Below, in pieces: positions 17,114 to 24,566 of a stretch of 64,000 nucleotides of DNA. How positions within the stretch are numbered: position 1 is the first letter of the stretch; every line of letters starts with the position of its first letter. The position numbers and the translations under genes are program-made. Below the pieces are notes generated by a model that was given only the letters and a program-made list of their open reading frames with translations, was not told where the DNA came from and did no database searches. The stretch comes from Streptomyces sp. (GTDB lineage: Bacteria > Actinomycetota > Actinomycetes > Streptomycetales > Streptomycetaceae). The stretch spans positions 7,200 to 71,199 of the forward strand of contig NZ_DATCVQ010000709.1 in NCBI RefSeq assembly GCF_036566765.1, given 5' to 3'.

Positions 17114-19660
17114 GTGGCCTTGGAAGAGGGTGCCGTGTCCGAAGTGGCTCTTGAGGAGCTTCGCACCCTCTTGGAGTGCGGGCTGGTAGAGCAAGGTGTG
17201 ACGAAGACGGCCCTGGCACGACGTGCCGGGCTGGGACGCACGGCGGTGAGCGAAGCGTTCAATAGAGCCGCTTCGGTTCCATCCGCGAGAGTTGTCGGGG
17301 AACTGGGCCGGGCGCTCCGACTTGATGTGCCGGCACTTTTGGAACTTCGAGCTGCAGCTGCTGGAATTCGCCGTGCGGCCTTAGCGCGAGATGCCGTTAC
17401 ACCGTCACCTGGCATCGGCCTTCCTATTGCGCACTTTGACCCACACGACCTGGAAGTTCATCCCGCCATTGACGTGGCTTTCGATGGGGATTCTGGGGCC
17501 GGAGCGCAGCGCCGCCGACTACCTCAGTATGTGCGTCGTCAGCATGATCGAGAACTGGACCAAGTTGTCGAGGATGCGATCGAAGGCCATAGCGGTATGA
17601 CTGTTCTCGTCGGGCCGTCCTCGACGGGAAAGACACGCGCTTGTTGGGAGGCGATTCAGCCTTTGGCCTCCTTGGGGTGGCATCTCTGGCACCCTCTTGG
17701 ACCAACGCGAGCCGAGGCCGTGCTGAGCGATCTACAGCATGTAGGGCCACACACCGTGGTGTGGCTCAACGAAGCTCAACATTACTTTGACTTAAGCCGA
17801 GATATTGCGGAGCAGGTTGCTGCTTCCTTTCGCGCTCTCCTCGCCGACCGACAGACTCAACCTGTGCTGGTGCTGGGAACGTTGTGGAACGAATACGCTA
17901 CTACTTATACGGCTCTTCCCTCGCCAATCAGCAAGGATCTTTACCCGCAAGTTAGGGAGTTGCTTGCAGGTCGATTACTTATGGTCCCCGAGCGTTTTGA
18001 CGCGCCGGCCCTCCGAGAGGCCCGGATATTGGCAATTGAGGGTGATCGTCAGCTCTCCCATGCGCTGAAGTATTCAAAGGAAGGCCTTCTCGCTCAGTAT
18101 CTCGCGGGCGCCCCTGCCTTGCTTGAGCGGTATCGGATGGCTAGTCCCCCTGTGCGGGCGTTGATCCAATGCGTCATGGACGCGCGACGCTTTGGTGTCG
18201 GGAGCAATGTGCCCGTAGATTTTATTTCCCATGCCGTCGAGGATTACCTGACGGATGGCGAATATGCGGCACTCAGTGGGGATTGGTTAGCTGAATCATT
18301 TCGCGAAGCCGGGAGGTCGGTCCACGGGAACTTGGCGCCTCTCACTACAATCCGTCACCGTAAATCATCTCCTCCTGATGGAGGTACCCCTGAAGCCAGG
18401 GTTAGGTTGGCTGACTCGCTGGAGCAATTTGGGCGGGTTGACCGGAGTCCGTATTGCCCACCTCAATCTTTTTGGTCGGCGGCTTGCGAGCTACTGGAAT
18501 CTGCTGAGGTGCTTGCGAAGCTTGCTGAAGCTGCCATTGATCGGCACAGGCTCTATTGGGCCCGCCGCTTAACCGAGCGGGTTGTGGAGCGGCGGGTTGA
18601 TGCCTCCGTGTTGACTGAGTTGGCACACGCCTGGGTTGAGAGCGACCCAGGCGAAGCTGAACGTCTATTTCTGAAATCTACTGAACTGGGTGACGCTGGT
18701 GCTATGGGTAGCCTAGGTTACCGCTGCGAGGAGCGGGGGGAATGGGAAAGGGCGAAAGAGTGGTTCCGTAGGGGTGCAGAGTCTGGTGACGGATTTTCCG
18801 CTTGCGAATTGGGTAGAATTTATTCAGAATTGGGTGACCTGGAATCATCTGAACGGTTCTACCGTAGAGCGATAGAGCTGGGCGAAACTGAATCTCTCGG
18901 GGGGCTGGCTCGCGTGCTAGTCGAAAAGGGGGGAGATATAGATGAGGCTTTGACTCTGCTCCAGCGATCGATCTGCACGATGGTGCGCCAGACTGCGCGG
19001 GTTTCGATGGTGAGTCTGGAAGATGATGCGGGTATCCAGCGGTCCGGTGTTACCCCTTGGTCGTCAAGAGGGGAATCTGCGGGCTCGGCTCGACGGATCG
19101 ATGAGGTGGGCGATGTCGGAGACTGCGCGAAGTTTTTGGAGGCCGTTACCGCTGCCGCGAATGACGGTGATGCATACGGGATGCGATGCCTCTATTATTT
19201 GTTGAGGTCGACAGATGAAGTAGCGGCTGATGAATTTCTTGCATCCGCTGCGCGGGGCGGAAATTCTTTTGCTGTGGTTGAGCTGGCTAGAGAGCTGAAG
19301 AGTCGTGGTGATTTGACTCGGGCCGAGTCTCTCTATCGGCAATCTATTGGTTCGGGTGATAATAAATCTTTGGTCGCCCTTGCTGGCTTGATGGAGGAGG
19401 CTAAAAACTTCGAAGAAGCCGAATCGCTTTATTGGCAGGCGATCGACTCGGGGGAAATTTATGCCGCGCATCGGCTTAGTCGGCTGAAAGAAGAGCGTGG
19501 GGATCGGGACGGGGCTGAAGAAGTCGCTCTCCTGGCTGCGGATGCGGGACACGGCGCTGCCGCTCGAGCTTTGTCTGAGGTGAGGGTGAGGCGTGGAGAG
19601 GATGGGGGGTTGTGGCTTTATGGCCTGAATCCTGACGGCACCCCGTCATCCAATATTTGA
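17114..19660 (+). CDS. XRE-HTH + STAND-like P-loop NTPase + Sel1/TPR repeat protein (848 aa)
   Basis: KTALARRAGLGRTAVSEAF HTH; VLVGPSSTGKT Walker A; VVWLNE Walker B-like; repeated G(D/N)xxA..L...L...G..A...Y..A Sel1 units; at least 5 TTA codons; lower GC. Confidence 0.82.
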   Translation: MALEEGAVSEVALEELRTLLECGLVEQGVTKTALARRAGLGRTAVSEAFNRAASVPSARVVGELGRALRLDVPALLELRAAAAGIRRAALARDAVTPSPGIGLPIAHFDPHDLEVHPAIDVAFDGDSGAGAQRRRLPQYVRRQHDRELDQVVEDAIEGHSGMTVLVGPSSTGKTRACWEAIQPLASLGWHLWHPLGPTRAEAVLSDLQHVGPHTVVWLNEAQHYFDLSRDIAEQVAASFRALLADRQTQPVLVLGTLWNEYATTYTALPSPISKDLYPQVRELLAGRLLMVPERFDAPALREARILAIEGDRQLSHALKYSKEGLLAQYLAGAPALLERYRMASPPVRALIQCVMDARRFGVGSNVPVDFISHAVEDYLTDGEYAALSGDWLAESFREAGRSVHGNLAPLTTIRHRKSSPPDGGTPEARVRLADSLEQFGRVDRSPYCPPQSFWSAACELLESAEVLAKLAEAAIDRHRLYWARRLTERVVERRVDASVLTELAHAWVESDPGEAERLFLKSTELGDAGAMGSLGYRCEERGEWERAKEWFRRGAESGDGFSACELGRIYSELGDLESSERFYRRAIELGETESLGGLARVLVEKGGDIDEALTLLQRSICTMVRQTARVSMVSLEDDAGIQRSGVTPWSSRGESAGSARRIDEVGDVGDCAKFLEAVTAAANDGDAYGMRCLYYLLRSTDEVAADEFLASAARGGNSFAVVELARELKSRGDLTRAESLYRQSIGSGDNKSLVALAGLMEEAKNFEEAESLYWQAIDSGEIYAAHRLSRLKEERGDRDGAEEVALLAADAGHGAAARALSEVRVRRGEDGGLWLYGLNPDGTPSSNI

Positions 19661-19914
19661 TAGCTATCAAGAATCAGGTAATACGCCTTTGCTGGGGTGT
19701 GGATCGGGTTGGAGGGGATGTCTGTTCGGATCGAATGGGTGAGGCGTCGAGGTAGAGCTCCCGGACCGCGGTTTCGGTGATGGACTCGCGCGGCTCTCTC
19801 TTATCGACGGGGAGGGTCCGCCGGGATTCTGATTGCTGACGATGGGGCGCACGGTCTTGATCGCGTGTGCTTCGGACTGCTGCGCGGTGCTCCGCCGCTG
19901 GAGTGACGAGGGGC

Positions 19915-20535
19915 CTACTGTCGGAGCGAATTGTTGGTCCAGAAGGAGCGGGCCTTCTTCAGAAGCTTCTCGGCGGCGTCGCCGTACGATGCCGCACTGC
20001 TCAGAGCGGCGAAGGCTTTGTTGTAGAGGTCGAGTTCGCTCTGTTCCGTGATGTCCACGGAGGAGGAGACGAGTTCGACGTGGGCCCGGTCGCTGTCGCC
20101 GTAGATGTTGAACGCGTGGACGGGGAACAGGTCCACCCGTGCGGTGGAGGGAAGGATCCCGAGGGTGAGGGAGGCCAGGCCGAGCTCTCGCAGGAGGCGC
20201 TCGATCTGTTGTCGCATGACCTCGGGCCCGCCGATGTTCGTGTAGAGAGCCTGCTCTCCGAGGACGACGTCGTAGTGGTGCTCGCCGTCGTAGAGCACTT
20301 GCTGTCGCTGCATGCGCTTGGCGACGCCCGCCGGCACGTCGTTCGGGATGCCGAGGAAGTCGACGACCTGGCCGAGGATCACGGTGGCGTATGCCTCGGT
20401 CTGGAGCGTGCCCCAGACCATCGTGGGCACGTACGCCTTGCCTTCGCGCGTGCTCTGGTACCAGCGCACCACGTCGTCCTGAGTCGCTTCCGTACCGGTG
20501 GACAGACGATCCGTCCAGGGAACTGAACTGGTCAC
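19915..20535 (-). CDS. Stand-alone DUF5753-domain protein (no HTH)
   Basis: VWGTLQTEAYA, RMQRQQVL, VVLGEQALYTNIGGPEVMRQQIERL, ELDLYNKAFAAL match the DUF5753 pattern. Confidence 0.8.
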   Translation of the reverse strand: MTSSVPWTDRLSTGTEATQDDVVRWYQSTREGKAYVPTMVWGTLQTEAYATVILGQVVDFLGIPNDVPAGVAKRMQRQQVLYDGEHHYDVVLGEQALYTNIGGPEVMRQQIERLLRELGLASLTLGILPSTARVDLFPVHAFNIYGDSDRAHVELVSSSVDITEQSELDLYNKAFAALSSAASYGDAAEKLLKKARSFWTNNSLRQ

Positions 20536-20637
20536 CGCATCCCCTCCTGCGTGGTGCCGCCGGGGCGGCTTCGATGGGCGTTGCCGCTCCGGCCGAGAAT
20601 GGCTCCGAGTGTCCGATCTTGTAAGAGCGGGAATCGG

Positions 20638-20991
20638 TCAGGCCATGCGCTTCATCTCGATGGCGAGGGCTCCGAGGGCTTCCTTCTCGGGGCCGTAGAT
20701 GGTGCGGATGTTGGCGAGCTGCTGGTCGCGGGTGGCGGTCGGGTTGACGTTGGACGGGCCCTCGCTGTCGAGGAGGGCCTCGAAGTCGGGGTACTCGGTG
20801 ACTCGGAGGACTTCGACATCGCAGGTCTCGTCCGTGCCCTTGATGCGGAAGCGGATGGTGTCGCCGGCGGCGAGGTCCGCGAGGTGCGGGTACTTGACCC
20901 GCACCTCGATGGTCTTGGTGCCTGCGGCGACGAGCTCGAAGTACTGGCGGTAGAGGTTGAGCTCGCGGACGCGGGCGGTGCGGCCGGTCAT
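20638..20991 (-). CDS. ASCH domain protein
   Basis: YFELVAAGTKTIEVRV (GxKxxExR motif), GDTIRF; ATGA overlap with the upstream gene. Confidence 0.85.
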   Translation of the reverse strand: MTGRTARVRELNLYRQYFELVAAGTKTIEVRVKYPHLADLAAGDTIRFRIKGTDETCDVEVLRVTEYPDFEALLDSEGPSNVNPTATRDQQLANIRTIYGPEKEALGALAIEMKRMA

Positions 20992-21590
20992 CGGGAAGGA
21001 ACGCTCCTGGGGGACGGTGCGGTGATCAGGCGGCCGATCTCGGCAGCCGAGTACGAGCGGAAGAAGTGGCGGGGGTCGGAGAGCAGGGTCTCGGCCATGG
21101 CAAGCAGCTGGTCGGCGTACTTAGTGACGGTGCCGGGCCACTGCCGGGTGTCGAGCATCCAGGGGGCGGCTCCCTCGGGCAAGGGGGCACGGCCTTCTCG
21201 TATGAGGGATTTCGACAGCTTGGCGCCGGTGTCGGTGACGACCTGGGGGCAGAACAGGCGGGCCGGCAGCTGGGCGCGGGTGAGGCCCACGGCCTGGAGG
21301 GCCTCGTCGACGAGGTGGGAGCCGAAGACCCAGTCGCCGCCCTTGACCATGACGTGCAGGGTGCCCTGGGGGCTGGCCAGGGCGAGTTCCTTGACCAGGT
21401 TGCGGTAGAGGGTGGCCAGGTCCAGGTAGCCGCCGGCGGTGGGCGTGATGGTGGCCTCGTAGGGGCCGTGGTGGAGGCAGACGGCGGAGACCACCGCCGA
21501 CTCGGGCCCGGTGAGGCGGACCCGGGTGCGTTCGGCGTGCTTCTCCGCCCAGCCGCAGTCGGGGTGCGGGCAGGGGACTCGGACGTCGAC
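20988..21590 (-). pseudogene. 5'-truncated class I aminoacyl-tRNA synthetase-like (LysRS1-like) gene
   Basis: RVPCPHPDCG...CLHHG zinc knuckle, KGGDW, TGAKLSKS (KMSKS-like); no HIGH region or start codon; upstream sequence is antisense integrase. Confidence 0.65.
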
Positions 21591-22130
21591 TTCAAGGCCG
21601 GCGCCATCCGCGTCGAGCGGCAGCGGCTCCAGTTTGGGAAGATCGGCCCGCCGAAGACCGCCAAGTCCCGGCGTACGGTTCCGGTCGGCGATGTCGTCAC
21701 CGACGCGCTCCTCGCGCATCTTGCCGCACGTCCGTCCAGGGAGTGGCTGTTCACGATGGAGGAGGGCGAGCCGCTCAACTACCGGCGGTGGAAGACCGAA
21801 TGGAACGGGGCTCGCAAGGCGCTCCAGGCGGCCGAGAACGGGGCCGCCGAGCGGGAAGGCCGCAAGCCCGTCGAGCTGCCGCACATGGTCACCCACGACC
21901 TGCGGCACTTCTACGCCTCCGCGCTCATCGCCGGCGGAGCGAGCGTCAAGCAGGTTCAGCTGGTCCTCGGGCACGCGTCCGCCGTCATCACGCTGCGGAT
22001 CTATGCGCACTTGTGGCCCGGGGAAGAAGACCGCACCCGGGCCGTCATGGACGCCGTGCTCGGCGGCCTGCGGACCGGGTGCGGACAGCTAAACGGCCTG
22101 ACCCGCGACAGTGCAGGTCAGGCCGCCTAG
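21582..22130 (+). pseudogene. 5'-truncated tyrosine integrase (C-terminal catalytic part only)
   Basis: DVDF....IRVERQ, PKT, HDLRHFYAS, LGHAS..ITLRIYAH; lacks the first catalytic Arg box and DNA-binding domains. Confidence 0.88.
22094..22125. terminator. Element-supplied hairpin just downstream of sodN (possible replacement terminator)
   Basis: CGGCCTGACC-N12-GGTCAGGCCG, 12 nt past the sodN stop. Confidence 0.4.
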
Positions 22131-22137
22131 AGGGAGA

Positions 22138-22533
22138 TCAAGCCTTCTTCGTCTCCCAGAAGATGCGGTCGAGCTCGGCGATGAGTTCCAGCGCCTTCTC
22201 GCCCGTCTTCGGGTCGTTCGACGCCTTGGCGGCCGAGAGGGCCTTCAGGGTGTCGTTGACCAGCTGGTGGAGCTGGGGGAACTTCTCGAAGTGCGGGGGC
22301 TTGAAGTAGTCGCTCCACAGCACCGAGACGTGGTGCTTGGCGAGCTCGGCGCGCTGCTCCTTGATGATCAGGGCACGGGTGCGGAAGTCCGCGTCCTCGT
22401 TGGCCTGGTACTTCTCCTGCACGGCCTTGACCGACTCCGCCTCGATGCGGGCCTGGGCCGGGTCGTACACGCCACAGGGCAGGTCGCAGTGGGCGCTGAC
22501 CTTCACCTTGGGGGCAAACAGGCGGGAAAGCAT
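22138..22533 (-). CDS. sodN: Nickel superoxide dismutase precursor
   Basis: 14-aa leader followed by the HCDLPCGVYDPA nickel hook. Confidence 0.97.
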   Translation of the reverse strand: MLSRLFAPKVKVSAHCDLPCGVYDPAQARIEAESVKAVQEKYQANEDADFRTRALIIKEQRAELAKHHVSVLWSDYFKPPHFEKFPQLHQLVNDTLKALSAAKASNDPKTGEKALELIAELDRIFWETKKA

Positions 22534-22675
22534 GGAGCTGTCCTTCCTCGTGATCGTCTTCTCAAGTGGGAGATTACTCGGTGAGAAGGTTGTTTTCGCG
22601 AGGGGGCCCTAGTGCTTAGGACAAAAGTCCAGGGTCACCATGGGACTCGTGGACGATCGGACCGGGAGGTGCCGG

Positions 22676-23107
22676 ATGACGGATTCGGGGCGGGAATCGT
22701 TGGTGCCGTTCGGGATCGCCGAGGTGACGGGGTTGTCGATGGTGCCCACGCTGCTCCACGGCGACCAGCTGCTGGTGCACTACGGGGGGCCGCTGCGGCC
22801 CGGTGACGTGGCCGTGCTGCGTCATCCGCTGCAGCAGGATCTGCTCATCGTCAAACGGCTGATCGAGCGACAGGACGCCGGCTGGTGGGTGCTCGGCGAC
22901 AATCCGGCCGCCGAGGGGGACAGCCGGGTGTTCGGCGCCGTGCCGGTGGAGCTCGTGCTCGGGCGTGTACGGGCCCGGTACCGGCCGGTCACGCCCGGGC
23001 GTCAGCGGTCGGCGGGCGTGGTGCTCTCCTGGCTGTTCTCGGCCGTCCGGCCGGTGTTCTCGGACCGCTCGGCTTCCAGGGCCTCCTGGCGCTTGCGGGC
23101 CCGGTAG
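22676..23107 (+). CDS. sodX: NiSOD maturation peptidase (S26-like)
   Basis: VTGLSMVPTL (Ser), IVKRL (Lys), GDN...DSRVFG; divergent from sodN. Confidence 0.9.
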   Translation: MTDSGRESLVPFGIAEVTGLSMVPTLLHGDQLLVHYGGPLRPGDVAVLRHPLQQDLLIVKRLIERQDAGWWVLGDNPAAEGDSRVFGAVPVELVLGRVRARYRPVTPGRQRSAGVVLSWLFSAVRPVFSDRSASRASWRLRAR

Positions 23108-23640
23108 GCGGCCACGTTGGCGCGCGTCGCGCAGCGGTCGGAGCAGTAGCGGCGCGAGCGGTTCGTCGAGGTGTCGAGGTACGCGTTGCGGCACGGCGAG
23201 GCCTGGCAGAGGCCGAGCCGGTCGGCGCCGAACTCCGTCAGGTGGAAGGCGAGCCCCATCGCGGCGATGGCCGCGTAGCCCGCAGTCGCGTTCGAAGGGT
23301 GGTCCGCGAGATGCATGTGCCACCGCGGCCGGCCCTCCTCGTCGAGGTAGTCGTGGCCGGAGATCTGCGGGCTCACCGGGAACTCCAGGAGCAGTGAGTT
23401 CAGCAGGTCCACGGCCGTCGTCTGGTCGCCCTCGTCCGCGGCGGTGAAGACCGCGCGCAGCCGGCCGCGGACCGAGCGGAAGCGGGTGACGTCCGCGTCG
23501 GTCGCCCGGCGGGCCATCTGGGACGCCTTGCCGAAGAGTTCGCGGACCGCCTCGACCGTGGTCAGGGAGTCCTTGTTACGGGCTGGCTCCTCGGTGTTGA
23601 CCAGACGCACGGCGTAGTCCGAGTAATAGGCCAGTTCCAC
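23002..23640 (-). CDS. CGNR zinc finger (ABATE) domain protein
   Basis: RLGLCQASPCRNAYLDTSTNRSRRYCSDRCATRANVAAYRAR. Confidence 0.9.
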   Translation of the reverse strand: MELAYYSDYAVRLVNTEEPARNKDSLTTVEAVRELFGKASQMARRATDADVTRFRSVRGRLRAVFTAADEGDQTTAVDLLNSLLLEFPVSPQISGHDYLDEEGRPRWHMHLADHPSNATAGYAAIAAMGLAFHLTEFGADRLGLCQASPCRNAYLDTSTNRSRRYCSDRCATRANVAAYRARKRQEALEAERSENTGRTAENSQESTTPADR

Positions 23641-23743
23641 TTGTAGTCCTTACTGCGACGGTCTAGGGTCGGTGGAGCGAGGGGTAAGAGACGTTTGCCC
23701 TTCGAGGGTATTACGAATTGTCGAGGTTCGAGGAGCGGAAGTC

Positions 23744-24508
23744 ATGACGGATGCAACCGTGGCCGGAACCGACTGGCAGGCCTGGCAGGAGAGCTGGGAC
23801 CGCCAGCAGGAGTGGTACATGCCGGACCGCGAGGAGCGGTTCCGGGTGATGCTGGACATGGTCGAGGCCGTGGTGGGGCCGGAGCCCCGGGTCCTCGACC
23901 TCGCGTGCGGTACGGGAAGTATCACGAACCGGCTCCTGCGGAGGTTCCCGGGCGCGACCAGCGTCGGCGTCGACCTCGACCCCGCGCTGCTCGCCATCGC
24001 CCGCGGCTCCTTCGCCGGCGACGAGAGGGTCGCCTTCGTGACCGCGGACCTCAAGGACCCGGCCTGGACCGAGGCGCTGCCGCACGACTCGTACGACGCC
24101 GTGCTCACCGCCACCGCCCTGCACTGGCTGCACAGCGGACCGCTGACCGCGCTGTACGGGCAGCTCGCCGGGCTCGTCCGGGCGGGCGGCGTCTTCATGA
24201 ACGCCGACCACATGATCGACGAGACCACCCCGCGCATCAACGCCGCCGAGCGCGCCCAGCGGCACGCCCGCATGGACCAGGAGAAGGCCGCCGGCGTCCT
24301 CGACTGGGCCGACTGGTGGGCCCTCGCCGCCAAGGACCCGGTCCTCGCCGAGCCCACCGCCCGCCGCTTCGAGATCTACGGCGAGCACGCCGACGGCGAC
24401 ACGCCCTCCGCCCGCTGGCACGCCGAAACCCTTCGCACCGCCGGCTTCGCCGAATCCCGCGTCGTCTGGTCCTCGCCTTCGGACGCGCTGGTGCTGGCCG
24501 TCAAGTAG
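23744..24508 (+). CDS. Class I SAM-dependent methyltransferase
   Basis: VLDLACGTG, GVDLD, YDAVLTATALH. Confidence 0.9.
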   Translation: MTDATVAGTDWQAWQESWDRQQEWYMPDREERFRVMLDMVEAVVGPEPRVLDLACGTGSITNRLLRRFPGATSVGVDLDPALLAIARGSFAGDERVAFVTADLKDPAWTEALPHDSYDAVLTATALHWLHSGPLTALYGQLAGLVRAGGVFMNADHMIDETTPRINAAERAQRHARMDQEKAAGVLDWADWWALAAKDPVLAEPTARRFEIYGEHADGDTPSARWHAETLRTAGFAESRVVWSSPSDALVLAVK

Positions 24509-24517
24509 CCGCGGACG

Positions 24518-24556
24518 CGGAAGGGGCGGTACGGGTCGCCCGTACCGCCCCTTCCG
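24518..24556. terminator. Bidirectional hairpin terminator
   Basis: GCGGAAGGGGCGGTACGGG-tcg-CCCGTACCGCCCCTTCCGC between convergent genes. Confidence 0.75.
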
Positions 24557-24566
24557 CTGTGCGTCG

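Larger units (their letters stand above)
16616..22156. mobile_element. Decayed tyrosine-recombinase integrative element inserted in the sodN 3' end
   Basis: 15-bp direct repeat GCCTTCTTCGTCTCC at 16616-16630 and 22142-22156; integrase remnant abutting one end; paired GCGGAC-N5-GCGGAC motifs near both ends; low-GC cargo. Confidence 0.88.

Noticed and set aside
19667-19914. Small ORFs between the Sel1 gene and DUF5753
   Set aside because: No RBS or motif support; the region may be a degraded gene remnant, but I cannot assign it.
20988-22010. 340-aa minus-strand ORF as a single gene
   Set aside because: Its first ~140 codons are the antisense strand of the integrase fragment; only 20988-21590 is aaRS-like coding sequence.
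21066-22130. 354-aa plus-strand ORF as an intact integrase
   Set aside because: Residues before about 21582 are antisense of the aaRS-like gene; the first catalytic Arg box and N-terminal domains are missing.
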